64,000 bases of DNA from Terriglobia bacterium (GCA_963788245.1 CAWBGF010000001.1:184470-248469), one strand, 5' to 3'; positions 19,624 through 30,682 are shown, counted from the stretch's first letter. The notes: a model not told the origin generated them from the letters alone. Made by a program: numbers and translations.

Positions 19624-20394
19624 CTAGCGGATCTTATCGTTGGTCTTCACTCTGAAGTCTTGCACGGCGGGCATCCAGATGACGCGGCACATTTCAAACA
19701 GCCGTGAGCGGGCCCGCATTCCGATAACCTCCGTGAGTGTCTTCTTGTGCACCTTGTCGCCTCCCTTTCCGGTGAAGGAAACACTCTGGCCGGTGATGTC
19801 CTCATCCGGCAGATTAGTGGTCGCGATCAGCGGCTTTCGATGATTGCAGCGATAGGTGATGATCGATTCCAGCGTATCTTGCACCCACTCGATGGTGCGC
19901 TGCGCGCCCAGATCGTCCAGGATCAGAACTTCGCAATCGAGAGCCATGCGATACGCCTCGCGGTCGCTGCTGCCCGCGAGATTATTCCACCCCTTTTGGA
20001 CGCGGAGAATCAGGTCCTGATAGTCGAAGAACACGCATTCGTGTCCTTTTTCCATGAGCGCTTTCATGATTCCAACGGTCAAGTGCGTCTTGCCTTCGCC
20101 GGGATCTCCGACGAACAACAGGCCCGGCCGATCGTCCGCTGGAAATTCGCGGACGAACTTACGAGCCTGCATGAGAACGGTGGCTAAGCCGGTGCGAGCG
20201 GTGGGATTGTCCTCGGGCAGCCTGAATGTGTCGAGCGTGGCATGCTCATAATTTGGCGGGATGTTCGCTTTTTCGAGCAAGCGCCCAGTCTGATTCGATC
20301 GAGAGCATTCGCAGGCGGCAGCGCCGGTCAACCCGCCGCGCTCGACGATCTTGAATCCCGTCCCGTTGCAGATTGGACAATTTGGATCAGGCAT
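19624..20394 (-). CDS. DnaC/IstB-like AAA+ ATPase (helicase-loader type) with N-terminal Zn-ribbon
   Basis: CPICNGTG ... Walker A GDPGEGKTHL, Walker B LILDDLG, ..IATTNL. Confidence 0.7.
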   Translation of the reverse strand: MPDPNCPICNGTGFKIVERGGLTGAAACECSRSNQTGRLLEKANIPPNYEHATLDTFRLPEDNPTARTGLATVLMQARKFVREFPADDRPGLLFVGDPGEGKTHLTVGIMKALMEKGHECVFFDYQDLILRVQKGWNNLAGSSDREAYRMALDCEVLILDDLGAQRTIEWVQDTLESIITYRCNHRKPLIATTNLPDEDITGQSVSFTGKGGDKVHKKTLTEVIGMRARSRLFEMCRVIWMPAVQDFRVKTNDKIR

Positions 20395-20420
20395 GTTTTA
20401 TACCGCGCGGCCGGGGCCGC

Positions 20421-20909
20421 TTACTCGATCACCATCAGGACTTCGCCCGCGGCCACAGTCGCGTCGGTCTGGGTCTTCACTTCGACGACGCGTCCGGCCT
20501 TGGGCGACTTCATCTCATTCTGCATCTTCATCGCTTCGACGACAATGAGGCCCTGTCCGGCTTCCACTGCATCGCCTTGCGAGACCAGCACGCGCACCAC
20601 TTTCCCCGGCATCATCGCGACGATGCTCTGCCGTCCTTCACCGGCGCCCGCGCTTTTGCGGGCACGCATTTCCCGCGGATCGAAAACCTCCACCGCGAAG
20701 GCGCGGCCGTTGACCACAATCTCGTTGAGTGAAGCCGCGATGCCCGTGTAGCTGCGCCCCTCGATCAATATTGAATATGACCCCGGCGTAAGCGGCGTCA
20801 TCGAGAACTCCCGTTCGATTGCCTCGCCGCCTTCGCGCTGGTAACGAAACCGCGCGCCGTTGATTTCAATCCGCGCCGTCCGGGAGCCGATCGCTACTTC
20901 GAACTTCAA
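20421..20909 (-). CDS. accB: biotin carboxyl carrier / biotinyl-domain protein
   Basis: EAMKMQNE biotinylation motif; 4-bp overlap with the upstream biotin carboxylase gene. Confidence 0.7.
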   Translation of the reverse strand: MKFEVAIGSRTARIEINGARFRYQREGGEAIEREFSMTPLTPGSYSILIEGRSYTGIAASLNEIVVNGRAFAVEVFDPREMRARKSAGAGEGRQSIVAMMPGKVVRVLVSQGDAVEAGQGLIVVEAMKMQNEMKSPKAGRVVEVKTQTDATVAAGEVLMVIE

Positions 20910-22441
20910 CGCATCATCTCCGCGCGGCCGGCGTCACGCCACGCACTGCCTCGCGACCCTGTGCCGGATCCCGTGGAAGACGAGGGCGCACTGGGCGCCA
21001 GAGGCGCCCTCAATGTCGCAGACATCGACGCGACGAGCGCCGCGACCGCTTCGATTTCAAGGCCGTCGGCGTCTTCAGTATCCCCCGATCGCTTCACACG
21101 CTCGAATCTATCGAGAAACGCGGTGGACAGCGCGCCCGCGCGAAAATCCGGGTGCGCCAGCACTTCGTCGAACCACGCTATGTTCGTGCGAATCCCGGAG
21201 ACCACGAATTCACGCAGCGCGCGACGCATTCGCTCCACCGCGAGTTCCCGGGACGGCGCCCACACCGCGACTTTTGCGAGCATCGGATCGTAATCGAGCG
21301 GCACGGTCCAGCCCTGATACACTCCCGAATCGAGCCGGACGCCCGGACCCGACGGTTGTTCCAGAAACCTGATCTTTCCCGGCGACGGCAAGAACTGGTT
21401 GTCGGGATCTTCGGCATACACGCGGCATTCGATCGACGATCCGCGCCACGCGACGTCTTCCTGGCGAATGGTCAGGTGCTCGCCCGCGGCGATCCGAAGC
21501 TGCCACTGCACCAGATCGAGATCCGTGACAAGCTCCGTGACGGGATGTTCCACCTGAAGCCGCGTGTTCATTTCGAGGAAATAGAAGTTGCGCTGGCGAT
21601 CCACCAGAAACTCCATGGTCCCCGCGTTCGCGTAGCCCGCCGCGCGTGCGATTTTGAGCGCCGCATGGCCCATCGCGTTACGAAGATCCGGATGAGAGAG
21701 CATTACAGGGGACGGGCACTCTTCGATCACTTTCTGATGACGCCGCTGAATGGAGCATTCGCGCTCGCCCAGGTGAATCATGTGCCCGTGATGATCGCCC
21801 AGCACCTGAATTTCGATGTGGCGCGGCTCCTCGACCAACTTTTCGACGTAGACTTCGTCATTGCGAAACGCCCGCAGCGCTTCGCTTGAAGCGTCGCGCA
21901 ATGCGGATTCCAGATCCTGTTCGCGATCCACGCGGCGCATGCCTTTGCCGCCTCCGCCGGCGGCGGCCTTGAGCAGCACCGGATATCCCAGCTCGCGGGC
22001 GATGGCCTTCGCGTCTTCAATCTTGTGCAGGGCTTGCTCAGTGCCAGGCACCACCGGTGCTCCGGCGGCGATCGCCAACTGGCGAGCGGAGGTCTTCGAA
22101 CCCATCTTGCGAATCGCCGCAACGGGCGGGCCAATGAAAACGATTCCGGCGCTCGCGCAGGCTTCCGCGAAGTCCGCGTTCTCGCTCAGGAATCCGTAGC
22201 CGGGATGGATCGCGTCCGCACCATGACGCCGCGCGGCGTCGATGATTTTGTCGATCCGGAGATAACTTTCCGCGGAGGGCGCCGGGCCCAGGTGCGCGGC
22301 TTCATCCGCCATCTTGACGGCCAGCGATGCGCGATCGGCATCGGAATAAACGGCGACGCTGGGGATTCCCGCTTCGCGAAGCGCGCGGATGATCCGCACG
22401 GCAATCTCACCGCGGTTGGCGACCAGGACCTTACGGAGCAT
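20906..22441 (-). CDS. accC: biotin carboxylase (acetyl-CoA carboxylase type) with C-terminal extension
   Basis: MLRKVLVANRGEIAVRIIRA ... ATP-grasp and EMNTRLQVEHPVTE motifs. Confidence 0.9.
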   Translation of the reverse strand: MLRKVLVANRGEIAVRIIRALREAGIPSVAVYSDADRASLAVKMADEAAHLGPAPSAESYLRIDKIIDAARRHGADAIHPGYGFLSENADFAEACASAGIVFIGPPVAAIRKMGSKTSARQLAIAAGAPVVPGTEQALHKIEDAKAIARELGYPVLLKAAAGGGGKGMRRVDREQDLESALRDASSEALRAFRNDEVYVEKLVEEPRHIEIQVLGDHHGHMIHLGERECSIQRRHQKVIEECPSPVMLSHPDLRNAMGHAALKIARAAGYANAGTMEFLVDRQRNFYFLEMNTRLQVEHPVTELVTDLDLVQWQLRIAAGEHLTIRQEDVAWRGSSIECRVYAEDPDNQFLPSPGKIRFLEQPSGPGVRLDSGVYQGWTVPLDYDPMLAKVAVWAPSRELAVERMRRALREFVVSGIRTNIAWFDEVLAHPDFRAGALSTAFLDRFERVKRSGDTEDADGLEIEAVAALVASMSATLRAPLAPSAPSSSTGSGTGSRGSAWRDAGRAEMMR

Positions 22442-22506
22442 GAAGGCTCTGATTTTAGCGCACGCCGATCCGGTGCGCGCCCTTAGTCCGGGGAAAACAT
22501 ATTAGC

Positions 22507-22577
22507 CACGAATTGACACGAATAAACACGAATGAAGATCCAAAGACTTATTTGTGTTCATCCGTGTTCATTCGTTG
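22507..22577. repeat. imperfect inverted repeat built of decamer-periodic CACGAATnnA units
   Basis: cacgaattga cacgaataaa cacgaatgaa ... gtgttcatcc gtgttcattc gt; lies upstream of accC. Confidence 0.7.
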
Positions 22578-22592
22578 CCAACAGCTCTGTTC

Positions 22593-23213
22593 CTAATCCT
22601 GCGGAAGACTATCTTCGGCCCACTCGCGCTCGAGCATCCGCGAATATTCGCCCGACGCGAAAATCTCAAAGTCCAACCCCACGTCGCTGATGTCGGCGAA
22701 TTCCGACTGGCTCTGCCGGCACAGGAACAATTGATCCGCGTAGCGATAATAGTTGCGCAGGAATTCGTCGGACAATATCTCGCGCACGGGCACATCAGCC
22801 AGCATCGCGTTTAGTCCCAACGCCCGCGTGAAAATCGTTTTGTAATCCGCGACGCCCCATTTACGCAGCTTCGCCTGCACCGGAAGCGGTGTGTGATTCA
22901 CAAGATAAGCCGCGAAACTCTGATACTTGACGGTCCTGTCGCGCAGTTCGGGGAACCCCCGGGTGTGGTCCAGGCACTGTTCGATCCATCGCGTCAGATC
23001 CTTGCCCACATAGAAGAGCATCCGGATTTCGCAATAGCGTCCATCGATCAGCGCGCGGTCCAGCTCGTCTGTGGTGCGCTCACCCGAAGGCAGCAGGCCT
23101 TGCAACATCAAGCTCGCCCGCGAACTCTCCACCAGCTTGTCGGGACCCTTGGCGTCGGCGAAGGGATGTAGAATCAGCGGCGGGAGTTTCTTCTGCATGG
23201 TTATGGTTAGCAC
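22593..23213 (-). CDS. hypothetical protein, no recognisable domain
   Basis: 206-aa ORF with normal coding-type composition, same strand as its neighbours. Confidence 0.5.
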   Translation of the reverse strand: MLTITMQKKLPPLILHPFADAKGPDKLVESSRASLMLQGLLPSGERTTDELDRALIDGRYCEIRMLFYVGKDLTRWIEQCLDHTRGFPELRDRTVKYQSFAAYLVNHTPLPVQAKLRKWGVADYKTIFTRALGLNAMLADVPVREILSDEFLRNYYRYADQLFLCRQSQSEFADISDVGLDFEIFASGEYSRMLEREWAEDSLPQD

Positions 23214-23234
23214 TCGCTGAGCAAGTATGTCAGA

Positions 23235-25076
23235 TTAGCGGCGCTCGGTGAGCAGTACTCTTGTCTCAATTGTTTGGGTCCCGCGAAGGACCTTCACTAG
23301 TACCAAATCGCCAGCCTTGTGCGCCCGGAGGGCGTAAGTAAAGTCGTACAGATTTCCGATCTCCTTGCCGTCGAACTCGATCAGAATGTCGCCCGCGCGC
23401 AGCCCCGCCTTGGCGGCAGGCGTCCCGTCGCGCACGTCGGCGAAGCGGACACCTTTGGGCGGCTCGTTGAAATCGGGAATGCTCCCGAAGTTCGGCCCGT
23501 AGCCCGATCCCGCCCCCGTGCCCGTTCCCGACGACAGTGGCTGCGTCGGCTCGGCCACCCGGATGAACTTCGGACGATCCGCGTCGCCGGCCAACCGCGT
23601 AACCAGATCTGCAACATAGTCCAATAGCTTCGCTGCATCCGGCGCATCGATTTTATCGGCAGTATCGCTGGGTTTGTGATAATCGCCGTGCAGCCCGGAG
23701 AAAAAGAACAGCACCGGGACGCCTTTGGTGGTGAACGAAGTGTGATCGCTTTCGCCGTACCCGGTCTTCTCGGTGATATCGGCCTGGATCGGCGCGGGCG
23801 GCTTCACGTCCTCCAGCAGCTTCGCAAAAGTAGACCCCGTGCCGCTGCCGCTAACGTAAACCTTGCCATCGCGGATGCGCCCGATCATATCCATATTGAT
23901 CATCGCTACGGCTTTTTCGAGCGGCAAAGCCGGGTGGTTCACGTACCATTCGCTGCCGAGCAGGCCCAGCTCCTCGCCCGCGAAGGTCAGAAACAGAATG
24001 CCGCGCTTTGGTTTCGGCTGTTTCGAAAACGATCGCGCAAGCTCGATCACGCCTGCCGTGCCCGACGCATTATCGTCCGCCCCGGGATGAATCGTGCCGA
24101 TCTGCGAGGGCGCCAGCGAATGCTCGTCGCCCAGTCCCAAGTGATCGTAATGCGCGCCGATCACCACATACTCCGTGGTCGATCCAGGCAGGTACGCGGC
24201 CACGTTGTGGACCGTTTTGGAGTCGTGCCGGATGTCCACGTCCATGTCGACATACAGCTTGGCCATCGCGAACGAATGCGGCTTCTTGTCCCTGCCGATC
24301 TCGTCGGTCAGATCGCGCAAATCCCGACCCTCGGTGTGAATCCACTTTTCCGCGAACTCGTCTTTCACCTGTACGAAAAGGATTCCCGCGTCGGTGGGGC
24401 CTTCGCCCAAACTGATCGGAGTGAGTTTGTCCCGGTCGACGTTATCCTTACTGGGCTCGTGCGCGTAAATATCGTTTACCAGGATGACGCCCTTTGCGCC
24501 ATGCATCTTCGCGTTGACGGCTTTTTCGGCGAATGTGGCGTGTGAAGAAAGCCCGTGAGGATTGTTCGGAATTTCATTCGGCTCGTGCCGCAGGATCAGC
24601 ACAAGCTTGCCTTGGACGTCTACGCTTTCGTAGTCGTCGTAGTTTTTCTCTTTGTCCGTGATGCCATAGCCCGCGAACACCACGCCGCCCGCGAACTTGC
24701 CGTTCGACGAAAACCCTATAGGCGTGAACTGGGCGTGGGGTGTCAGATTCCGTGTTTCCTCCGGCTCGCGATAACGAAAACGAGTGCCCGGGCCGTCGTG
24801 CGCCCCTAGCGTGACGGGGAAAGCCTCCTCGTAGCTGGATAGTGACGTGGCGCTCTTTCCATCCGCCGCCCTCAACCCAAAAGACTTGAACAGGCCCGCG
24901 ATATACTGCGCGGCCTTCTCCAACTCCGGCGATCCCGTCGCGCGCCCCTTCAACTCCGGCGACGCCAGATACCGCACCTCATCCAGATATGTTTTCGAAC
25001 TGATGTCGGCGCTCCACAGCGTAAGCCCTGTTAGAGCAACCAGCGCCAGCGGAATCGGCAACAGAAATCGCCGCAT
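23235..25076 (-). CDS. M28-family metallopeptidase with PA domain and C-terminal PDZ domain
   Basis: AHYDHLG, GADDNASG, GEELGLLGS, NMDMIG, SDH zinc-ligand blocks; PDZ block GTPAAKAGLRAGDILIEFDG. Confidence 0.85.
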   Translation of the reverse strand: MRRFLLPIPLALVALTGLTLWSADISSKTYLDEVRYLASPELKGRATGSPELEKAAQYIAGLFKSFGLRAADGKSATSLSSYEEAFPVTLGAHDGPGTRFRYREPEETRNLTPHAQFTPIGFSSNGKFAGGVVFAGYGITDKEKNYDDYESVDVQGKLVLILRHEPNEIPNNPHGLSSHATFAEKAVNAKMHGAKGVILVNDIYAHEPSKDNVDRDKLTPISLGEGPTDAGILFVQVKDEFAEKWIHTEGRDLRDLTDEIGRDKKPHSFAMAKLYVDMDVDIRHDSKTVHNVAAYLPGSTTEYVVIGAHYDHLGLGDEHSLAPSQIGTIHPGADDNASGTAGVIELARSFSKQPKPKRGILFLTFAGEELGLLGSEWYVNHPALPLEKAVAMINMDMIGRIRDGKVYVSGSGTGSTFAKLLEDVKPPAPIQADITEKTGYGESDHTSFTTKGVPVLFFFSGLHGDYHKPSDTADKIDAPDAAKLLDYVADLVTRLAGDADRPKFIRVAEPTQPLSSGTGTGAGSGYGPNFGSIPDFNEPPKGVRFADVRDGTPAAKAGLRAGDILIEFDGKEIGNLYDFTYALRAHKAGDLVLVKVLRGTQTIETRVLLTERR

Positions 25077-25080
25077 GAAT

Positions 25081-26025
25081 TTACTTCACGATCTTCGGAA
25101 TAGTGACGGTGCAGCACGCATCGTCGGCAGCCGCTTTGGCGGCCGCGGTCTTATGATCCAGCTCGATATTGATCAACTGCTCCAGCGTCGCCCACGGCAG
25201 CATGTTTTCCAGTTTGCGGCCGTTCATGAAGATGGTCGGCGTCGCGCTCACCTGCAAAGCGTGGCCCTCGGCGACCTCGCGATTCACGTCGGGCTCGGAG
25301 GTCTTGTTCTCGACGCATCGCCCCAGCGCCATGCCGTCCAGCTTCTCCCCGCTCGCGAAAATCTGGAACTTGCCGTTGAAATTGTCCAGCCCGATCGCCT
25401 GCTGATTCTCGTAAACCCAATCGAAATAGTCCCAGAACGCCACCGGGCTCTGCTTATACACGCAGCGCCCCGCGATGGCTGCCGTGCGAGCCCAGTTGTG
25501 AATCTGATCCAGCGGAAAATCCATGAAGTAGAGCCGCACCTTGCCGGGAAACGACTTCGCCAGATTCTCGCGGAGGATCTGGGCTTCCTCTTTGCAGTAG
25601 GGGCACTGGAAATCTGTGAACACCACCATGGTCACCGGCGCGTTCGCCCCCTCACCCAAAGTAGGCTGCTGATCGACTTTCAATTTGTCCAGGTTCGCCT
25701 GAAAGGGGCTCTTGTTGATTTCGAACACGTCTCCGCGCAGTACTTTCTTTCCATCTCCGGAGACGTAATACTCCTGATCCTTCACTGAGCCTTTGTAGAT
25801 GAGATGAACCCACACGTCGAAAAAGCCGGGAAGGTCGGCCGCCGGTTTCGCGTCGTCGATTTTCACTTCCACGGCTGGCAGCCATAGCTCCACGTAGCGT
25901 AGATACGCTTCGAGTGTAGCCTTGTCCAAAGCCGATTTCGTGGCGGGCGGCGCGGCGTGCGCGGGGGTGGTCTTGACTTGCGCGAATGCAGCCAAACTTA
26001 TTAGCAACAATGCAACCGTCTTCAT
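25081..26025 (-). CDS. DsbA/thioredoxin-family thiol-disulfide oxidoreductase (secreted); start at MKTVALLL
   Basis: VVFTDFQCPYCKE CxxC motif; signal peptide. Confidence 0.75.
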   Translation of the reverse strand: MKTVALLLISLAAFAQVKTTPAHAAPPATKSALDKATLEAYLRYVELWLPAVEVKIDDAKPAADLPGFFDVWVHLIYKGSVKDQEYYVSGDGKKVLRGDVFEINKSPFQANLDKLKVDQQPTLGEGANAPVTMVVFTDFQCPYCKEEAQILRENLAKSFPGKVRLYFMDFPLDQIHNWARTAAIAGRCVYKQSPVAFWDYFDWVYENQQAIGLDNFNGKFQIFASGEKLDGMALGRCVENKTSEPDVNREVAEGHALQVSATPTIFMNGRKLENMLPWATLEQLINIELDHKTAAAKAAADDACCTVTIPKIVK

Positions 26026-26041
26026 TCTGACTCCTGACTCC
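26021..26041. repeat. copy of the 21-mer TTCATTCTGACTCCTGACTCC (family 5), overlapping the dsbA-like start codon
   Basis: 41161-41181 carries the same 21-mer with one mismatch (last base); the reverse complement supplies AGGAG-N7-ATG. Confidence 0.8.
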
Positions 26042-26084
26042 ACGTCTTATGTGTCCGTTTTCGGACTGTCTGCTGACTCCTGTC

Positions 26085-27608
26085 TCAAAGCACCGGCCCG
26101 ATCCGCCAGGGCACGAATTCGTGATGGCCCAGCCGTTCGCTCGCCGTACGCTCCCCCGAGGCTACCCGCAGCAGCAAGTCGAAAATCTCGCGGCCCACAT
26201 CACCGACCGAGGCTTCGCCATCGGCGATTCTTCCGGCGTTGATATCCATATTGTCGCGCATTCGCCCGTATGTATTCGAGTTGCTCGCGATCTTGATCAC
26301 CGGCACCGTGGGAAATCCGATCGCGCTGCCGCGGCCCGTGGTGAACGCGATTACGTTCGCGCCTCCCGCTGCCAGTCCCGTCAGCGAAATCGGATCGTAG
26401 CCGGGAGTATTCATAAAGACGAACCCTGGCGATGTGACTCGCTCGGCGTAATCCACCGCGTCGTTCAGTTTGGACGTGCCCGCCTTGGCCACCGCGCCCA
26501 GCGATTTCTCCAGGATGTTGGTGAGCCCGCCGGCCTTGTTCCCAGGCGTCGGATTGTCGTCGAAGCTGCCCCCGAATCCCGAGAGGTATTTCTTGTAACC
26601 GCGCACGAACCCGAGCAGTTTTTCGGCGACCTCGCGATTTCGCGCGCGCCTCACCAGCAAATGTTCCGCGCCGAAAATTTCCGTCGTTTCGGCCAGCACG
26701 GCCGCTCCGCCGGCTTGCGCCAGCAAATCCGAACACACGCCCAGCGCCGGATTCGCCGTGATTCCCGAAAATGAATCCGATCCGCCGCAGTTTAGCCCCA
26801 GTACGATTTTCGACCCGTGAATCGGAGTGCGCCGCTCCTCAGCCGCCCGCGCGATCATGCGCGAAATTTCACGGCGTGCGGCCTCGACCGTCGCTTGTGT
26901 GCCGCCGCTCGATTGCAGCGTCATGCCGATCAGCCGCTTCGAATTCGGCGCTCCCCCACCTAAATAGTGATCGATCTGATTCACCTCGCAGCCGAGCCCC
27001 AAAATAATCGCCGCCGAAACGTTAGGATGATCCAGCACGCCCGCCAGCGTCCGCTGCAACTGCTGCGTATCCGGACCGATGGCGTGCCCGCAACCCTCGC
27101 CGTGCGGAAAAGCTGCCACGCCGTCTACATTCTCGGGCAATGTTTCGCCGGCATAACTCGCGGCGATCAGTTCGGCCGTGTGCGCCGCGCAATTGCTGGC
27201 GGCGACCACCGCGATATAGTTGCGCGTCCCCGCGCGCCCATCCTCGCGCGCATATCCCATGAAATTCGGCGCATCCACGGCAGGCGCGGGCAGCGGCGTA
27301 TCTACACTCGGAAATTCGTAGTCGAACGTCAGTTCGTCGAAAGCGACATTGTGCGTGTGGATGTGCTCGCCCGGCTCCATCGCGACCCTCGCCCGGCCCA
27401 TGCATTGTCCATATCGAACGATGTTTTCGCCCGCGGCGATGGCGCGCACCGCGACTTTGTGACCCGCCGGAATCGCGCCTCGCACGCGAATCTCGCGACC
27501 GGCCACGCGCAGCGACAAGCCCTCGCTTACCGGCACCCGCAGGATCGCTACGTTGTCGCTCGAATGCAGATGAATGGCGGAATTCTCGGAAGTGGCTAGA
27601 GTGATCAT
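26085..27608 (-). CDS. uxaA: altronate dehydratase / UxaA-family hydrolyase; start trimmed to MITLATS
   Basis: N-terminal SAF-like domain and a full-length UxaA-type C-terminal domain; the ORF's N-terminal extension reads through a REP. Confidence 0.8.
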   Translation of the reverse strand: MITLATSENSAIHLHSSDNVAILRVPVSEGLSLRVAGREIRVRGAIPAGHKVAVRAIAAGENIVRYGQCMGRARVAMEPGEHIHTHNVAFDELTFDYEFPSVDTPLPAPAVDAPNFMGYAREDGRAGTRNYIAVVAASNCAAHTAELIAASYAGETLPENVDGVAAFPHGEGCGHAIGPDTQQLQRTLAGVLDHPNVSAAIILGLGCEVNQIDHYLGGGAPNSKRLIGMTLQSSGGTQATVEAARREISRMIARAAEERRTPIHGSKIVLGLNCGGSDSFSGITANPALGVCSDLLAQAGGAAVLAETTEIFGAEHLLVRRARNREVAEKLLGFVRGYKKYLSGFGGSFDDNPTPGNKAGGLTNILEKSLGAVAKAGTSKLNDAVDYAERVTSPGFVFMNTPGYDPISLTGLAAGGANVIAFTTGRGSAIGFPTVPVIKIASNSNTYGRMRDNMDINAGRIADGEASVGDVGREIFDLLLRVASGERTASERLGHHEFVPWRIGPVL

Positions 27609-27626
27609 TGTGGGCCCGGCGAGAGT

Positions 27627-27647
27627 GGGGCAGGGCCATGCCCTGCC
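27627..27647. repeat. REP family 1 unit just upstream of uxaA
   Basis: ggggcagggccatgccctgcc. Confidence 0.85.
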
Positions 27648-27701
27648 TGCGGCCGGCTTCTGCTTACACGTCCCTGCGTATGGCCTCATTATACTGGAGG
27701 C

Positions 27702-29171
27702 TTGTCTCGAAGCTGGCTGATCTTTCCGCTCCTGATTCTCTATCTGCTCGATCTGGGAAGCACAGGATTCCTGGGCCCGGACGAGCCGCGTTACGCCTCC
27801 ATCGGCCGCGAAATGGCGCGCTCGCACGATTTCGTGACCCCGCGCCTTGACGGCGAGCCGTGGTTCGAGAAGCCTCCGCTCCTGTATTGGACCACCGCGG
27901 CGGCCCGCGGCATACTCCGATTGCCCGATGAATGGGCCGCCCGCTTACCGGTCGCGCTGATGAGTCTCGCCTTTCTGTACTTCTTTTTCGGAGTGGTGAT
28001 GCGCGAATTTTCGGTGCGAACCGCGCTCGCCGCTACCGCGATCCTTTCCACTTCGGCCGGTTGGCTCGCCTATAGTTTCGCGGCGGTGCCGGACCTTCCC
28101 ATGACCGCGGCACTCGGCGCGGCGATGCTCATCGCGCTCTTTGATACTCGGCTCGACTCTTTTCATACGCGACGCACCAATCCTGGTTACGCGGCGGGAG
28201 CATTGCTGGGCTGCGCCATTCTCGCGAAAGGCTTCGTTCCGTTGGTTCTCTTCGCTCCGCTGTTCTTGATCGTCCGCCGCAAGCGCATCGCCATGATTGC
28301 GGGCTGCCTGGTCGTCGCCGCGCCGTGGTATCTGCTGTGTTGGGCGCGCAACGGAACACAGTTTTGGCGCGAATTCTTCTGGAAACACCAGGTCCTGCGA
28401 TACTTCACGCCCCTGCTCGAACACGTCCAGCCCTGGTGGTTTTTCGTCCCCGTGATTCTCGCGGGATTATTTCCGTGGACGCCGCTCGCGGGCCTTCTGC
28501 TGCGCGGCAAAACCTACGACGATGTGCGCGTCCGATCGCTGGCCTTGTGGCTGCTCTACGCGCTGCTGTTCTTTTCGGTCGCACGAAACAAATTGCCGGG
28601 CTATGTTCTCCCGCTGATACCGCCGCTCGCGATTGTGCTCGCCGTGGGACTCGAAAAATCCGGAGCCGCGATGAAATGGTGGCTGGCCGCGAGCGCGCTG
28701 ATGCTGGCCGCATTTCCCGCCATCGCAACGGTGCTGCCGAACGCGCTGTTATTCGGAGTGAGGCACACCCCGGGGGGAATCAATTACGGAATTCCTGCCT
28801 CGCTATTACTTCGAATGTTGCTCGCGACCCTGTTCCTGATGTCCTTGGTGTGGTGGCTCGCCTGGCGCGGCAACCCGAATCTGGCGATCGCCGCCGTGGC
28901 GCTGGGAATCGTGTTCGCCGTCACCTGGCTCAAAGGCCCCACGCTTCTTCAACTCGACCAGCGCGTTTCCGCCCGCGCGTTCTGGCGCGCGCATTCGCCG
29001 GAAATCCAGAACGCCTGCATCGGGGATGAAATTCGGCGCGACTGGCTGTATGAACTGAATTACTATGCCAGCCGGGCGCTGCCTCTTTGCGATCCGAACC
29101 CAGCCGCTCCCGGCCGCCCCAACTTGCGCGTCACAAATCGCGACGGCGCGCTCCTCATCGCCCACCAATAA
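27702..29171 (+). CDS. GT39/ArnT-like glycosyltransferase (polytopic membrane protein)
   Basis: [40 protein letters not shown]-terminal loop motif and many TM segments. Confidence 0.8.
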   Translation: MSRSWLIFPLLILYLLDLGSTGFLGPDEPRYASIGREMARSHDFVTPRLDGEPWFEKPPLLYWTTAAARGILRLPDEWAARLPVALMSLAFLYFFFGVVMREFSVRTALAATAILSTSAGWLAYSFAAVPDLPMTAALGAAMLIALFDTRLDSFHTRRTNPGYAAGALLGCAILAKGFVPLVLFAPLFLIVRRKRIAMIAGCLVVAAPWYLLCWARNGTQFWREFFWKHQVLRYFTPLLEHVQPWWFFVPVILAGLFPWTPLAGLLLRGKTYDDVRVRSLALWLLYALLFFSVARNKLPGYVLPLIPPLAIVLAVGLEKSGAAMKWWLAASALMLAAFPAIATVLPNALLFGVRHTPGGINYGIPASLLLRMLLATLFLMSLVWWLAWRGNPNLAIAAVALGIVFAVTWLKGPTLLQLDQRVSARAFWRAHSPEIQNACIGDEIRRDWLYELNYYASRALPLCDPNPAAPGRPNLRVTNRDGALLIAHQ

Positions 29172-29180
29172 ATGGTGGCT

Positions 29181-29240
29181 CCAGCCCCACCCGTCAGGGT
29201 GGGGGACCTATTTTTTCAAACCCGCCCGTCAGGGTGGGCA
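29181..29240. repeat. two REP family 3 hairpins; the first is followed by a T-run and may terminate the GT39 gene
   Basis: ccagccccacccgtcagggtggggg..tttttt..cccgcccgtcagggtgggc. Confidence 0.7.
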
Positions 29241-29289
29241 TACTGTCCGCCGCCTCAAAGCTGTGAGGCACGACACCATGGAACGGGAC

Positions 29290-30072
29290 TCAGTTCGCCA
29301 GAGGCTTCACAACATGATCGACGATCAGCGTTTCGATCGGACCCTTGGAAGAGTCAAGCTTCAGCCCGAGCTGCTCCTCGACGGCCGTGAAAATGGACGG
29401 CCCCGTAACATCCTCCCCGGACTGCATCCGGCCCATCATGATATCCGGCGAGTCGAGCGCGAAGTCGAACTCCCCGGCCGCTCCCGTGCGGTCGAGCACC
29501 GGGCGATTGAGCACGCTCGACAACAGCGCGGCCATCTGCGCCGGAGTCGCCTTGCCCATCGTCAAGTGCCCCGGCCCCATGGACATGGTGGTTCGCGGAG
29601 CTTTGCTTGCGGTCAGCTTTAGTCCGGTCTTGGCCGGCTCCATGAGGTACACGCGCGTTTCCTTTGTTTCACTGTGCAGCTTGAGTTCGAAGCGTTCCGC
29701 AAGAAGGCTCTGAAGCATTTTGCGAAGCTCCGTGATTCCCGGCGTCGCGTCGCCTTCGGCTTTCGCGGCGATCGTATAGGTATCCGAGCCCATCCATCCT
29801 GGTCCACCCGAAACCTGATAGCCGCGCACGTCGTAGGCGTACATGATCAGTCCGTTCAACGTGTACCCGGTAAACGTCGCCCGCGGGCCGGACTGCGACA
29901 TGCTGCCGTGCCCCGGCTGACCCGTCCGGTCCACCGGCCGGATGGAGGCAACTTCAAAGGCAGGCAGCGCTTCGCTCACGGCGGGTAACGACTGTCCTAT
30001 TAGTCCCGTTAGTCCCGTCACCCCGCACAACGCGAAGCCGAGCGTACCCGCAATGCACGATATTCTGTTCAT
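29290..30072 (-). CDS. TIGR03435-like (Solibacter-type) secreted protein
   Basis: FEVASIRP N-terminal motif and C-terminal LGLKLDSSKGPIETLIVDHV. Confidence 0.7.
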   Translation of the reverse strand: MNRISCIAGTLGFALCGVTGLTGLIGQSLPAVSEALPAFEVASIRPVDRTGQPGHGSMSQSGPRATFTGYTLNGLIMYAYDVRGYQVSGGPGWMGSDTYTIAAKAEGDATPGITELRKMLQSLLAERFELKLHSETKETRVYLMEPAKTGLKLTASKAPRTTMSMGPGHLTMGKATPAQMAALLSSVLNRPVLDRTGAAGEFDFALDSPDIMMGRMQSGEDVTGPSIFTAVEEQLGLKLDSSKGPIETLIVDHVVKPLAN

Positions 30073-30274
30073 GTCTGCAACCGCGCTCCCAGGCTAGCAC
30101 GACAGAGCTGGCTGCCTCCGTCAACAAAACTGTGCCGAAGATCGAGGTTCCCCGGGGGAACGTGAACGCGATTCCGGGATGAAGGTGAACACGGAATCCG
30201 CGATGAAGCCCGGCCAAATGTAGTTGCAGGAGCTGCTGAACGTAGGCTATATTCGAGTCCACGGCGCTTTCGCT

Positions 30275-30682
30275 ATGTTGAACCGCGTTGCTCCCTTTTT
30301 TATTGTCGACGACTTGGGCGCTACGCTTGCGTTCTATCAATCGAAGCTGGGGTTCGACGTTCTTTATAAGGGTGGTGGCGACGGAAACGGAGATGACTTC
30401 TGGGCCATCATGGGACGCGACCAAGTAATGCTCATGTTCAAGGCCATCACGCCCGAGGTCCATCCACAGCCGAATCGTTCGCGTCACGAATGGGCTCGCT
30501 GGGACGCCTACATCGGCACGGATGATCCCGACTCACTGTACACAGAGTTCGTAGGCAGGGAGGTTCCCGTGCATCGGGAACTGGCCAATACGAGCGATGG
30601 ACTCAGGGCCTTCGAGATCACCGATAACAACGGATATGTGCTGTGTTTTGGGCGCCCCGGTTTCCCGCAAGTTGACAAGTAG
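30275..30682 (+). CDS. VOC (glyoxalase/bleomycin-resistance) family protein
   Basis: APFFIVDDLGATLAFYQSKLGF ... GYVLCFG. Confidence 0.7.
   Translation: MLNRVAPFFIVDDLGATLAFYQSKLGFDVLYKGGGDGNGDDFWAIMGRDQVMLMFKAITPEVHPQPNRSRHEWARWDAYIGTDDPDSLYTEFVGREVPVHRELANTSDGLRAFEITDNNGYVLCFGRPGFPQVDK

Noticed and set aside
26085-27827. N-terminal extensions of ORFs: uxaA to 27827, response regulator to 19619, SDR to 43405, ArsR to 32995, histidine kinase to 18775
   Set aside because: The extensions read through REP units or neighbouring intergenic DNA and precede clear family-typical start motifs, so I trimmed the coordinates.
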